Below, piece by piece: positions 1 through 9,981 of a stretch of DNA of 64,000 bases. Where the stretch lies: contig SEFP01000004.1 in the NCBI GenBank assembly GCA_004144185.1, positions 198,746 through 262,745 of the forward strand. Reading direction: 5' to 3'. The stretch comes from Sphingobacteriales bacterium. Lineage in GTDB: Bacteria > Bacteroidota > Bacteroidia > Chitinophagales > Chitinophagaceae. The notes below the pieces were generated by a model. The model did no database searches and had not been told where the DNA came from. It worked only from the letters and a program-made list of their open reading frames with translations. Made by a program: the position numbers and the translations under genes. Positions within the stretch are counted from its first letter, which is position 1. Each line of letters starts with the position of its first letter.

Positions 1-958
1 CCGGATCAGTAAGCGGCTGTTTTCTGTGACGCCACAAATCCATCAGTGCTTTCCGGACCGTCAACCGCTGGAGAATGGACCATCCGGATTCGACCTGTAA
101 TTCTGTACCCTGTATGGCTAGTCTTTGCCACTGCTTCAACTGATCGGAAAGCCCTATGTCGGCCCGGCCGGCATAACGTGCGGAGGTATAAACCCATACG
201 TCCGTGCTGTGGCGCACTTTGGCATCGATATGTTGCAGACGTTCAAAAAAAGCACAGTCTTCAAGATGTGTTACCGGCGGAATCCCTCCTGCTTTTATAT
301 AGGTGGCTGCAGTCACTGCAAAGCTCCCGTTGAAATGCTGATGATGAGTAGGTGAGGGGTTGTGAGCTGTTTCCAGAACAAGAGCCTCCAATTCTGCACT
401 CAACAAACGATACTGATCGTCATACTGATGGTAGATATAGGTCGGGGCATCCAGGGAGTCAATCTCTGCCGGATCAAGTAGAATGCGTCCTCCAACGGCA
501 TCGGCACCGTTTGCAATTTCCCACTGTGTCTGGGCAATCCAATCGGGTGCTACCCGGGTGTCGCCATCAGTAGTCAGGATCAGACCGGTTCCGGAAAGCC
601 GGCGGCAGGCAGTATCCATCAGTAGCCGGCGAACATAACCGATGTTGGCGTAGCGTGGCGGCAGGGTGATATCCTCCCAGAAAAGATGCAGGGCCGGGTG
701 CTGGTTGGAAAACGCCTGAATCTGCTCCACCGAACTGTCGGTACAGTTGTTGGCCAAAAGCAGAATTTCAAACGTAGCAGGGTCTAGCGGCCGGCCCTGT
801 ACATCTACCTGACCGGCAAAAGCAGCAAGGGTTTGGGAGATGCGGGCCGCTTCATTTTTAACCGGAATCACCACGCAGGCGGTTCGTTCCGGCGCAATCG
901 GTGCTTTTGAGAATAACAGGGCAGGGCACCGTTCCGGCACCGTGTGGTTCACGTCCAT
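1..958 (-). CDS. Glycosyltransferase family 2 (partial; C-terminus lies beyond the window start)
   Basis: Absent from the ORF track because it runs off the window. Manual minus-strand translation from the ATG at 956-958 is uninterrupted: MDVNHTVPERCPALLFSKAPIAPERTACVVIPVKNEAARISQTL...LTTDGDTRVAPDW. The VIPxKNE and DGD (DxD-type) motifs are typical of the GT-A/GT2 fold. Confidence 0.7.
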   Translation of the reverse strand, partial: MDVNHTVPERCPALLFSKAPIAPERTACVVIPVKNEAARISQTLAAFAGQVDVQGRPLDPATFEILLLANNCTDSSVEQIQAFSNQHPALHLFWEDITLPPRYANIGYVRRLLMDTACRRLSGTGLILTTDGDTRVAPDWIAQTQWEIANGADAVGGRILLDPAEIDSLDAPTYIYHQYDDQYRLLSAELEALVLETAHNPSPTHHQHFNGSFAVTAATYIKAGGIPPVTHLEDCAFFERLQHIDAKVRHSTDVWVYTSARYAGRADIGLSDQLKQWQRLAIQGTELQVESGWSILQRLTVRKALMDLWRHRKQPLTDP

Positions 959-1085
959 TACCTTTTGGAGAAGCTATTTAGGTAGAAGCAAACCTGGATA
1001 AACCAGATTCCTTTAATTGAGCACCGAAAGACTTACAAATACAAAGCCAGCTTAGTATGCATAAATTTAAATATTAAAAAAATTA

Positions 1086-1103
1086 ATATATATATATATA
1101 TAT
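1086..1103. repeat. (AT)9 dinucleotide microsatellite in an AT-rich intergenic region
   Basis: Read directly: atatatatatatatatat. It lies 128-145 bp upstream of the GT2 start (958) and downstream of the DUF445 gene end (1219). Confidence 0.9.
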
Positions 1104-1218
1104 GGATTTTCCGGGTCGTTTGGAAAAAAATGCAGGGTTCGGTGCCAGGTTTCCGGAATATCGCTCTGAAATTAACTGCTGTCGCTCCTGGACAACCCAG
1201 CGGGGAAATTGGTATGCT

Positions 1219-1827
1219 TTACGCCAGCACCATCGCCAGTTGAATCAACCCGATTACAAAGCCGAAGCCGGCTGCAGCCAGCTCTACGTGACGCAGTGCT
1301 TTACCGGCTCCGGACAGTAAGGCCGTTTCCACCTTATCCAGGGACAGCGCTGCCACTTTTTCTGTTACCAGCCGCTCCAGATCAATTTTCTGTTCCAGGC
1401 TGCCGGCATATTCGGCAATAACCTTGGGCAACATCACCTCAATTTCTTCCAGCAGGCCGGTTTTAATCATCGCGGTAACGCCATCGCTCAGAAACATCGC
1501 CAGCATCGGGATTTTTTCTTTGATGCGCTCGTTCAAAAAGCCGTCGATGTGCGTTTCGATGCCGGGCATCAGCGCTTTGATTGTGCCCGGATCGCTCATA
1601 AGGCTGGTCAGGTTCCGGAACGGCGATAGCTCCGTAGCCACCCAGCGACCCAGCTGCCGGGCAATTTGTGCCTGTTTCTTTGGAAACACGCCCTGAAGCG
1701 CGAAACCCAGTATCCGGACCGGCTGGCGGGGATAAAACAGCGATTTAAACAGCAGCTTGATGGTCATCCATCCGATACCTGCGGAAAGAACCGGCAGCAG
1801 AAAAAGAAACAGCGTCTTGATATTCAT
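1219..1827 (-). CDS. DUF445-family membrane protein
   Basis: 202-aa ORF with an N-terminal TM segment (MNIKTLFLFLLPVLSAGIGWMTI) and a C-terminal TM segment (AAAGFGFVIGLIQLAMVLA). The overall pattern matches YheB/DUF445-type proteins from memory. Confidence 0.55.
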   Translation of the reverse strand: MNIKTLFLFLLPVLSAGIGWMTIKLLFKSLFYPRQPVRILGFALQGVFPKKQAQIARQLGRWVATELSPFRNLTSLMSDPGTIKALMPGIETHIDGFLNERIKEKIPMLAMFLSDGVTAMIKTGLLEEIEVMLPKVIAEYAGSLEQKIDLERLVTEKVAALSLDKVETALLSGAGKALRHVELAAAGFGFVIGLIQLAMVLA

Positions 1828-1849
1828 GGCTTTCTAAACGCGCGCAAAA

Positions 1850-3937
1850 CTAAAGCAGAACCACGAGGCCTGTTTGCAGGCTTTCTGCCGCCGCCAGGGT
1901 TGCCTTGGTGGTGGCTGCCAGATCCGGAAACGGAATGGGCGCTTCCTGCTGTCCGTTTACTGCGGCCCAGTGTGCCTGCAACAGCGCGCTATGTCCTTTG
2001 TCTTGCCGGCTTCGAACCGTTTTGGTGCCGCCGTTCCGGAAAATCTCCAGCGTACGCCAGTTGCTGAGCACAGCCGAGGAACCCATGCTATGCAGTTCAA
2101 TGCGTTCTTTGGGATAGCGGGACGCACCGGAGGATACGTAATGGATAGTAGCCGTCGCACCGTTCCGGAAGGTTAGAATAACCGTAAATCCACTGGCAGA
2201 ACCGCTGCAAAACACCTGCTTGACCGTGCTGCCCGCCAGGTACAGACAACTGTCAATAAAATGGCAGCCCTCGCCCAGCAATCGGCCCCCGCCAATGGCT
2301 GCATCGGATAACCAGTGACCTTCCGGAAGGACACCCGCATTGACCGTATAGGTAAGGTGCATGTCGGGCGCTGCCGGGAACGCCGCTTTTAACTGGTGCA
2401 TCAGGGGTGCGAACCGGCGGTTAAAACCTACGGTCAGAATCATTCCGGACGTCTGATATGCTTCGGTCACGGCCTGCAATTCCGTTTCACTCAACGCCAG
2501 CGGCTTTTCCACAAATACATGTTTGCCGCTTCTCATCGCTTCGGTTACCATCGGTGCATGCTGGTGATGACGGGTCGCGATAACAACGGTTCCGATCCGG
2601 TCATCAGCCAGAATTTCAGTCACCTCAGCAGCCAGTTCCGGAATATTGAACCGGCGGGCAGCTATTCCTGCACTGATACCGTTGGCACTGCAAATGCTGC
2701 GCACCGGAAGCTGTAGCTGCTGCATTAACGGCAGCAAAATAGCTTGTGTAAACTGCCCTGCGCCAATGATACCGATGGCTGTTCCGGACGGCACCGTCCG
2801 GTCGATGGTGCGTTCCGGAAAAGCGGTTTTGGATACGCTGGTTTCGCCGTAGCTGAATACCGCCGTTCCGAAAAACGGCTCGGTTCCGGAATACGCTTTT
2901 TCAAACGCCTCCACCGGCCATCGGGCGCCTATAAGCGGCTGTACTTGGAGCGCACCTACAGCCATGCTTTGCAGAACGGCCTCAAAGTTGCGACCGGCTG
3001 TCCAGCGTACGTAGGGGAGCGGGTAGTCGTGACCATGCACCTCATAGGAAGGGTCGTAGCGACCCGGTCCGTAGCTGCTGCTGACTACAAAAGACAGCTC
3101 TTTCCGGAACAGCGCGGTCCGGTCGAATCCCACTGCTGCCGTCCCAATCAACACCAGCCGTCCACGGGTTCGTGCCAGCGCTACCGCCAGTGTCAGGGGA
3201 GCGGCATCTTGGGTGTTGGTCGCAATCAGCACCCCATCGACGCCCTGGCCTTGCGTATGCGCCCGGACCTGTGCGTCCGGATCTGCGTGGCCGTCCAGCA
3301 CCTCGATACCGGCGGCACTGGCCCGCGCCCGTGCCCGTGGGTTGGTATCGATTCCCAGCACCCGGCACCCGTTTTGGCGCAGCAATTGGGCCGCCATAAA
3401 ACCAACCAGTCCCAATCCAATAACGACGAACTGTTCGCCTAACGTCGGTTGTGCTAATCGCACCCCATGAAGAGCAATCGCTGCCAAGGGCGCAAAAGCG
3501 CCTTCTTCAAAAGACACCGCTTCCGGAAGGGTAGCGACCAGATGAGCACCTACACTTACCACACCGGCATGCGGGCCATTGCTTGCTACCCGGTCGCCGA
3601 TGGAAATTCCGGAAACGCCCCGGCCTACTTCCAGGACGATGCCTGCATTGCAGTAGCCCATCGGCACGGGCGTATCCAGCTTGGATTTGACAGCCTTCCA
3701 GGTGGGTAGCAGACCATCTTTGCGGACTTTGTCGAAGACCTGCCGCACCTGTGCCGGCTGTTGCCGGGCTTTTTGAAGCCAGTTGCTTTTTCCAAATTGC
3801 AACAACATCGTTTCTGTGCCGGCCGAAACCACCGATGCCTGTGTCTGGATCAAAACCTGCCCGGCCTGGACGATCGGTGCGGGCGATTCCAGCAGTGTGA
3901 TCTGCCCGTCGCGCAGACGTTGTACCAACCCTTTCAT
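1850..3937 (-). CDS. Bi-domain oxidoreductase: N-terminal MDR/zinc-type alcohol dehydrogenase fused to a C-terminal Gfo/Idh/MocA domain
   Basis: 695-aa ORF. The N-terminal half has a GroES-like ADH fold plus Rossmann motif (VVIGLGLVGFMAAQ). The C-terminal half has a second Rossmann motif (IGIIGAGQF) and the Gfo/Idh/MocA signature VFVEKPLA. Confidence 0.8.
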   Translation of the reverse strand: MKGLVQRLRDGQITLLESPAPIVQAGQVLIQTQASVVSAGTETMLLQFGKSNWLQKARQQPAQVRQVFDKVRKDGLLPTWKAVKSKLDTPVPMGYCNAGIVLEVGRGVSGISIGDRVASNGPHAGVVSVGAHLVATLPEAVSFEEGAFAPLAAIALHGVRLAQPTLGEQFVVIGLGLVGFMAAQLLRQNGCRVLGIDTNPRARARASAAGIEVLDGHADPDAQVRAHTQGQGVDGVLIATNTQDAAPLTLAVALARTRGRLVLIGTAAVGFDRTALFRKELSFVVSSSYGPGRYDPSYEVHGHDYPLPYVRWTAGRNFEAVLQSMAVGALQVQPLIGARWPVEAFEKAYSGTEPFFGTAVFSYGETSVSKTAFPERTIDRTVPSGTAIGIIGAGQFTQAILLPLMQQLQLPVRSICSANGISAGIAARRFNIPELAAEVTEILADDRIGTVVIATRHHQHAPMVTEAMRSGKHVFVEKPLALSETELQAVTEAYQTSGMILTVGFNRRFAPLMHQLKAAFPAAPDMHLTYTVNAGVLPEGHWLSDAAIGGGRLLGEGCHFIDSCLYLAGSTVKQVFCSGSASGFTVILTFRNGATATIHYVSSGASRYPKERIELHSMGSSAVLSNWRTLEIFRNGGTKTVRSRQDKGHSALLQAHWAAVNGQQEAPIPFPDLAATTKATLAAAESLQTGLVVLL

Positions 3938-5067
3938 AGGCCCAAAACTAACGGACGGGTTTGGATGTGGACGGTTGCTTCACTGCTGGTGCGGGCAAGT
4001 TCAGCTGCGTGAAGCGTCAGTGCAGCCGAAAGGCGCAACTCGTCCCAGCTTCGGCATATAGCCGGTTTCTGAAAAACGGAAGCGATCAGCGCGGCATGGC
4101 CTACGTCTTTATATTGGTACCGGATGGTGCGTTCCTGCTGGTTCTGGCTGTACCGAAGGCTTCTGAAATCGTCGATCTGGGCTTTGAAGGAGCCGCATTG
4201 CAGCGAAATGAGTTCGTCGACCCCGCCGAAGGGTTCGTGCCGTGCGTTCAATGAAATACTGATCAGATCGCCGGCATCGGTTGTCATCACCAGTACTACG
4301 TTGTCATCTATAGGTAAAGCCGTCTCACTGCTTCGCATCGTGAGGGAAATGGTATTTGGAACAAAGCCGCGTACCGTCATCAGGTAAACTGCCAGGTCGA
4401 TCCAGTGGCCCATATTCCCGCAAATACGGGTGCCTTCGTCAGGATGGCGGTACCAGTGATCTTCCGGAAGCAAATGCCCGTGAACGATACAATGCAGGCT
4501 GATCGGCTGCCGGGAATCCCGGATAACCCCGGCAATAACTTGCGTCGCAGGTGCAAACGGCCGGTTGTAACCCGCATGAAACCGGGCTTCTGTTCCGGCA
4601 ATGGCTGCGTCAAGAGCTGCCAGTTGGGCAAAATCGGTTGCCAAGGGCTTCTCACAAAAGACGTTGAGATTGCGGGTAAGCGCCCTCACGGTATACGAAC
4701 TGTGACTGGCATGATTGGATGCAATTACGACTGTTTTAAGCTTTGGATTTTGAAGCAGCAGCTCTGCCGTTGGTACAACAGTTTCGAAATCATACCCCTG
4801 GTGCAACCGCTGCGCCTGGTTGGGATCGGGATCAAAGCAATCGAGGAACACAGAGCCCTGCTGCTGCCGGATAAAAAAACACAGCGTCGCATACGCCGCC
4901 TGCCCGCAGCCGATGACTGATACTGTTCGTTCCGCATTTGTTCGCGAAACGGTCCCTGTGCCCGGTAGCTTCCAGCCCAACCGGCCGGCTGCTTTAGCGC
5001 CTGCCCGACGCCAGCCATAATCCTGCACCGATTTCCGGAACACTCGCCAGGCAGATAAAAAACGCAT
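3934..5067 (-). CDS. Gfo/Idh/MocA-family oxidoreductase
   Basis: 377-aa ORF with VSVIGCGQAAY (Rossmann) and VFCEKPLA motifs. Its stop overlaps the downstream gene's start by 4 nt (ATGA). Confidence 0.65.
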   Translation of the reverse strand: MRFLSAWRVFRKSVQDYGWRRAGAKAAGRLGWKLPGTGTVSRTNAERTVSVIGCGQAAYATLCFFIRQQQGSVFLDCFDPDPNQAQRLHQGYDFETVVPTAELLLQNPKLKTVVIASNHASHSSYTVRALTRNLNVFCEKPLATDFAQLAALDAAIAGTEARFHAGYNRPFAPATQVIAGVIRDSRQPISLHCIVHGHLLPEDHWYRHPDEGTRICGNMGHWIDLAVYLMTVRGFVPNTISLTMRSSETALPIDDNVVLVMTTDAGDLISISLNARHEPFGGVDELISLQCGSFKAQIDDFRSLRYSQNQQERTIRYQYKDVGHAALIASVFQKPAICRSWDELRLSAALTLHAAELARTSSEATVHIQTRPLVLGL

Positions 5068-5079
5068 TCGGAAACTGAG

Positions 5080-6180
5080 TTAAAGGGCGAGAGTTTGGGA
5101 AAGCAGGCGGTACAAGGCTTCGGGGCGGGAAACGACAGGAGTCAGGTCTTGCAACCGGGCAATCCCATTCCGGACCTGTATAGCCAGCAATACCGGATCA
5201 GAACGAAGCGAGTTCAGTACCGCCAGCGCTTCTGATGCGCTAGAGCCACTGAAATACAAGGCTGCGTTGTCACAAAGATCGCGTGCTTCCGGAATATCGG
5301 CACAGACCAGCGGGCGTTTGGCAGCCATCGCCTCCAGCCAGGTGGCTGAGTAAATCTCGGCCAGACTGGGCGCAAAAATCACATCCGCGTTTTCGTATGC
5401 TTTTGGTAATTGATCGGCTGGTAGAAATCCCAGATTATGAGGCTTGGGATAATCCGGAAAAAAACGGTTAAAATCCTGTGGGTGCAGGGTAACCGAAAAC
5501 TGCATGTTGGATGCATCCGGAAGTGCCAGCAGCGATCGCAGCAAAGCAAAGTTTTTATGTGGATAGCCCGCTGCCGGCATCAGGATCCGCAACGGTTGCT
5601 GAACGGCTGGTTTTAGCTCAAACGCCGTTTGTTTAAAAGCGTCCGGAAGCTCGTTTGGTACCACGAAGATGGGTTTGCCGGGCAGCAGTCGTTGCAGCTG
5701 TTGCCGAACGGTTTCGGTTTCCACCCAGATCGCATCGGTATCCGTACGCAACGAACGGAATAAAAGCGCCCTGCGTATCTGATGAGATAAAGTCTGAAGT
5801 CGGCTGTGGGCACTGTTATCAGTCCGTATGGGCTCTTTCGGAAGGTACAATCCATTAGCAAAGCCACATACATGAGGTGCCCGGGGTCGCCACAGGGGCG
5901 GTCCAAAGACTGTAAAGACGATGTCTGGTTGAAAGGTCCGTACGGTCTCATCTGCAAGCGTCCGGAATGCCCATCGTGCTGCCAAGGAGCGCCCCGGTCG
6001 CTGCCGGACCTGTATCCAAGAGGATTCCGGAATACCAAGATCCGTAAGAAAACCGGCCAGTTCCGGTGAAGCTAGGACGCGTAGAACATCGGCACGTTGA
6101 AGCCAGTTTTGAATGAGTGCCCCGCCGGTGCTTAGTCCACCACCGGTACTGAGATTGGCAGCGTTGAGAAGAATACGCAT
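5080..6180 (-). CDS. Glycosyltransferase family 4 (GT-B fold)
   Basis: I chose the internal ATG at 6180 (MRILLNAANLSTGGGL), a typical GT4 N-terminus. The longer ORF to 6249 adds a non-homologous extension. The C-terminal region is EX7E-like (SLAEIYSATWLEAMAAKRPLV). Confidence 0.75.
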   Translation of the reverse strand: MRILLNAANLSTGGGLSTGGALIQNWLQRADVLRVLASPELAGFLTDLGIPESSWIQVRQRPGRSLAARWAFRTLADETVRTFQPDIVFTVFGPPLWRPRAPHVCGFANGLYLPKEPIRTDNSAHSRLQTLSHQIRRALLFRSLRTDTDAIWVETETVRQQLQRLLPGKPIFVVPNELPDAFKQTAFELKPAVQQPLRILMPAAGYPHKNFALLRSLLALPDASNMQFSVTLHPQDFNRFFPDYPKPHNLGFLPADQLPKAYENADVIFAPSLAEIYSATWLEAMAAKRPLVCADIPEARDLCDNAALYFSGSSASEALAVLNSLRSDPVLLAIQVRNGIARLQDLTPVVSRPEALYRLLSQTLAL

Positions 6181-6253
6181 GGGAGGCGAAAAAATGAGCG
6201 TGGGTTTGAGCGTGAAAATAGTTCGCAGTGTCAGCCACTCCAAAATCAACCCT

Positions 6254-6261
6254 TAGTTTTG
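6254..6261 (+). promoter_or_regulatory. Candidate Bacteroidota sigmaA -7 box (TAGTTTTG)
   Basis: Matches TAnnTTTG and ends 16 nt upstream of the ATG at 6278, in a divergent intergenic region. Confidence 0.4.
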
Positions 6262-6277
6262 GCATCTTCTTTCTTGG

Positions 6278-7336
6278 ATGCGCATCTTATTTCTATACGC
6301 CGAAGTGACTGGTTACCTGATGGCCTGTCTGCAAAGCCTGCAGCGGCATCCGGAGGTCTCAGCGGTGGCTGTATACCAAGGACTAAGCCTGCCGGAAAAC
6401 GATTACCAGCTGGTTGACAGTGACGTAGATCTGCGTGATGCGACTCATCAGAGTGCTGCTGAGTTATGGCCCGCTGTTGCCGAGTTCAAACCTGATGTGG
6501 TATTCGTATCGGGTTGGATGTTCCGGAAGTATCACATACTGGCCAAAAAGCTACGTAAAACCGGGGCAACGCTGGTCATTGGAAACGATACGCCCTGGTA
6601 TGGCAGTCTACGGCAATGGGCCGGCGCCATCAGCAGCCCGTGGTGGATCACAAATACCTATCAGTATATGTGGGTACCGGGAATCTCGCAGTATGAATTT
6701 GCACGCCGGCTGGGATTTCCGAAGAAACGCATCGCCACCGGGTTGCTCAGCGCTGATGCCGACGCGTTTTCCGGAATCAGACCGAAAGCTCCCAAACCGG
6801 TTAAGACGTTACTGGCAGTTGGCAGCTTTCTACCCAACAAAGGTATGCACCGGCTGTACCAGGCGTTTTCGAAACTATTGGAGGAAGGCCTTACCGGCTG
6901 GGACCTGCATCTGGTTGGTTCCGGTCCGCTGTATGATTCCCTGACGCCTACAGCACAGATCCGACTCACGCATTTTCAGCAACCCGGTATGATTCCGGAA
7001 CTTTACCGGCAGGCCGATGCGTTTGCACTGGCATCTCTTAAAGAATCCTGGGGCGTAGTGATCCACGAAGCAGCCTGTGCCGGATTGCCGCTGCTGGTGA
7101 CCCAAACAGCAGGTGCAACGGCCGATCTGGTCCACAATGGTTACAACGGTTTTGTGTTTGATCCGCATCAGGAAGCGGATTTGCTACAGGCCATGCGCAC
7201 GATGCTCAGTCAGCCGGAAGAAACCCTGCGCCGGATGGGCGAGCGGTCGAAGCAGTTATCTCAGATCCAGCATCCGGATTTGTGGGCACAACGATTGGTA
7301 ACCATGCGACTGGAGCATCTGAAGACGAATCCATGA
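6278..7336 (+). CDS. Glycosyltransferase family 4 (GT-B fold)
   Basis: 352-aa ORF with LHLVGSGPLYDSL and ASLKESWGVVIHEAACAGLPLLVT...NGFVFDP (GT1/GT4 EX7E region). Confidence 0.8.
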   Translation: MRILFLYAEVTGYLMACLQSLQRHPEVSAVAVYQGLSLPENDYQLVDSDVDLRDATHQSAAELWPAVAEFKPDVVFVSGWMFRKYHILAKKLRKTGATLVIGNDTPWYGSLRQWAGAISSPWWITNTYQYMWVPGISQYEFARRLGFPKKRIATGLLSADADAFSGIRPKAPKPVKTLLAVGSFLPNKGMHRLYQAFSKLLEEGLTGWDLHLVGSGPLYDSLTPTAQIRLTHFQQPGMIPELYRQADAFALASLKESWGVVIHEAACAGLPLLVTQTAGATADLVHNGYNGFVFDPHQEADLLQAMRTMLSQPEETLRRMGERSKQLSQIQHPDLWAQRLVTMRLEHLKTNP

Positions 7337-7938
7337 TTCCAAAGCACTGGACTCCCCGGTATCTGATCGACCGCTCGCGCGAGTGGTGGTATCAATGGCA
7401 GCATCCCGATGCGCCCTGGCTGGGACCTCAGGCGGTACAGACGTTGGACCAGCTGCTACAGCCACACATGAATGGGGTAGAAGTGGGGGCCGGGCGTAGC
7501 ACGAGCTGGATTGCCAAACGGGTGGCCGCTCTTCACAGCTGGGAAGAGCAGGCCAACTGGTATCAACAGGTGGCCCAACAGCTGGACCGGCAGAATATCC
7601 GGAATGTTATACTTACACAGGCGTTTGAACGATGGGTAGATTACGAACGGTTGGTTCAGGCGATTCCGGAACAGTCGCTGGATTTTGCGCTGGTAGATTC
7701 GGAAAGCAACCGGTCCAGCTTGTGCCTGGCGCTATGGCCGAAACTCCGGAACGGTGGTTTTCTGATGCTGGATAATGCCAACTGGTTTCTGCCCTCCGGT
7801 TCCCGTTCGCCCAACTCCCGATCACCGGAGCAGGGACCTGCCACGGCTGAATGGGCCGCTTTTTTGGCGCAGACTGCCCAGGCACGAACGCTTTGGACCA
7901 GCAGTGGGGTGACAGACACCGCCTTTTTTATTCGATAG
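7333..7938 (+). CDS. Class I SAM-dependent methyltransferase-like protein
   Basis: I chose the ATG at 7333, which overlaps the upstream stop (ATGA). Motif I-like GVEVGAGRST is followed by DFALVDS and LRNGGFLMLDN. Confidence 0.5.
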   Translation: MIPKHWTPRYLIDRSREWWYQWQHPDAPWLGPQAVQTLDQLLQPHMNGVEVGAGRSTSWIAKRVAALHSWEEQANWYQQVAQQLDRQNIRNVILTQAFERWVDYERLVQAIPEQSLDFALVDSESNRSSLCLALWPKLRNGGFLMLDNANWFLPSGSRSPNSRSPEQGPATAEWAAFLAQTAQARTLWTSSGVTDTAFFIR

Positions 7939-7950
7939 TACATAAAAAAG

Positions 7951-7999
7951 CCCTTCTTTTCGTCAGGAGTCTCTTAGAGACGCTGAGCAAAAAGAAGGG
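7951..7999. terminator. Compound hairpin between convergent genes (candidate bidirectional terminator)
   Basis: Outer 10-bp arms are CCCTTCTTTT and AAAAGAAGGG. An inner GTCTCT/AGAGAC pairing is also present. The outer arms themselves contain the T run on the left and the A run on the right. Confidence 0.5.
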
Positions 8000-8026
8000 A
8001 AACGGATGCAATCCGGTTTTGAAGGA

Positions 8027-8896
8027 CTACTGTGCTTTGCGGAGCAGATCGTGGAGGTATTTTCCGTAGCCGCTCTTAGCGTATTTATGGCCGAGCGTTT
8101 CCATCTGGCTATCATCGATCCAGCCATTGCGCCAGGCAATCTCTTCGATACAGCCCACTTTCAGACCTTGTCTTTTTTCGATGACTTCGATAAACTCACC
8201 CGCTTCGATGAGTGAATCAAATGTGCCGGTATCCAGCCAGGCGGTCCCGCGGTCCAGAATGCCCACTTCCAGTTTGCCCATCTCCAGATAGGTTCTGTTC
8301 ACGTCTGTGATCTCGTACTCGCCACGTGGAGACGGCTGGATATTCTTAGCTATTTCTACGACCTGATTGTCATAGAAGTACAAACCCGGTACGGCGAAGT
8401 TGGACTTCGGCTGTTGCGGTTTTTCTTCAATGGAAATGGCCTTTTGATTCGCATCGAATTCAACGACGCCATAGCGCTCCGGATCGGCTACCTGATAGGC
8501 AAATACGACCGCGCCGTCCGGGTTGGCTTTCTTTTGAAGCAAGGTGCCCATTCCGGAACCATAGAAGATGTTATCTCCCAGAACCAGTGCGGCGGCATTG
8601 CTACCGATAAAATCAGCGCCTAATACAAAGGCCTGCGCCAGTCCGTTGGGCTCCGGCTGTACCACGTATTCGAAGTTGCAACCGATAGCACTGCCATCAC
8701 CCAGCAGTTTCCGGAAACCTGCCTGATCATCCGGTGTAGTAATGATCAGGATGTCCCGGATCCCGGCCAGCATCAGGGTGCTGATGGGATAGTATACCAT
8801 GGGTTTGTCGTATACCGGCATCAACTGCTTGGATACGGCAATCGTGAGGGGGTGCAGACGGGTGCCAGAGCCTCCGGCCAAAACAATTCCTTTCAT
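8027..8896 (-). CDS. rfbA: Glucose-1-phosphate thymidylyltransferase
   Basis: The internal ATG at 8896 gives [18 protein letters not shown], the canonical RmlA N-terminus. The sequence reads as RmlA-type over its full length. Confidence 0.93.
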   Translation of the reverse strand: MKGIVLAGGSGTRLHPLTIAVSKQLMPVYDKPMVYYPISTLMLAGIRDILIITTPDDQAGFRKLLGDGSAIGCNFEYVVQPEPNGLAQAFVLGADFIGSNAAALVLGDNIFYGSGMGTLLQKKANPDGAVVFAYQVADPERYGVVEFDANQKAISIEEKPQQPKSNFAVPGLYFYDNQVVEIAKNIQPSPRGEYEITDVNRTYLEMGKLEVGILDRGTAWLDTGTFDSLIEAGEFIEVIEKRQGLKVGCIEEIAWRNGWIDDSQMETLGHKYAKSGYGKYLHDLLRKAQ

Positions 8897-8897
8897 A

Positions 8898-9947
8898 TTA
8901 GTTGTATTGGCCCTCGTAATACTTTTGATAGTCGCCGGAAGTGACATGTTTCAGCCATTCTTCGTTTTGCAGATACCAGTCGATGGTTTCGCTCAGACCT
9001 TCCTCAAACGTTACAGACGGCTTCCAGCCTAGCTCCTGATTGATTTTAGTGGCGTCAATCGCATAGCGGCGATCGTGGCCCGGCCGGTCGGTGATATAGG
9101 TAATCAGGCCTTCACTGGTGCCCGGCGCGCGACCTAACTTCTCGTCCATCTGCTTGCACAGAATCTTAACCAGATCAATGTTTTTCCACTCGTTGAACCC
9201 TCCGATGTTATAGGTTTCACCGTTTTTGCCTTCCTGGAAGACCAGATCAATCGCGCGGGCGTGATCTTTCACAAACAGCCAGTCGCGGGTGTATTTACCA
9301 TCGCCGTAAATCGGCAAAGGTTTGCCTTCCTGAATATTGTGAATGCACAAGGGAATCAGCTTTTCCGGAAAATGGTTCGGCCCGTAGTTGTTGGAACAGT
9401 TGGTCAACACAAACGGCAATCCATATGTATTTCCGTAGGCGCGCACCAGATGATCGGAGGCCGCTTTGGAGGCAGAATACGGCGATTGGGGATCGTACGG
9501 AGTGGTTTCCAGAAAAAACCCTTCGTCGCCCAGCGAACCATACACTTCATCCGTAGAGACGTGATAAAAGCGTTTGCCTTCAAAATTGCCGCGCCAGTTT
9601 TTAAGCGCTGCATTCAGCAGATTGGCGGTACCGATCACATTCGTCTGTACAAACGCCAGTGGGTCGGCGATCGAACGATCAACGTGGCTTTCGGCTGCGA
9701 GGTGAATCACGCCATCCGGCTGGTGTTCGGCAAAGATCTGATCAATGGCCGCAGCATCGGTGATATCGGCTTTGAGAAACGTATAATTGGGCGCGTGCTC
9801 GATGTCTTTCAGGTTTTCGAGATTGCCCGCATACGTCAGCGCATCGAGGTTAAGGATATGGTGGTCGGGATACTGGGTTACAAACCGACGTACCACATGC
9901 GAGCCGATAAAGCCGGCGCCGCCCGTTATCAAAATGGTTTTGGCCAT
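8898..9947 (-). CDS. rfbB: dTDP-glucose 4,6-dehydratase
   Basis: 349 aa with [13 protein letters not shown] (Rossmann motif) and YSASKAASD (YxxxK catalytic motif). It lies adjacent to rfbA. Confidence 0.93.
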   Translation of the reverse strand: MAKTILITGGAGFIGSHVVRRFVTQYPDHHILNLDALTYAGNLENLKDIEHAPNYTFLKADITDAAAIDQIFAEHQPDGVIHLAAESHVDRSIADPLAFVQTNVIGTANLLNAALKNWRGNFEGKRFYHVSTDEVYGSLGDEGFFLETTPYDPQSPYSASKAASDHLVRAYGNTYGLPFVLTNCSNNYGPNHFPEKLIPLCIHNIQEGKPLPIYGDGKYTRDWLFVKDHARAIDLVFQEGKNGETYNIGGFNEWKNIDLVKILCKQMDEKLGRAPGTSEGLITYITDRPGHDRRYAIDATKINQELGWKPSVTFEEGLSETIDWYLQNEEWLKHVTSGDYQKYYEGQYN

Positions 9948-9981
9948 GAACAGAAGCGAGTGAAAATCCCGAAACCGGGAG

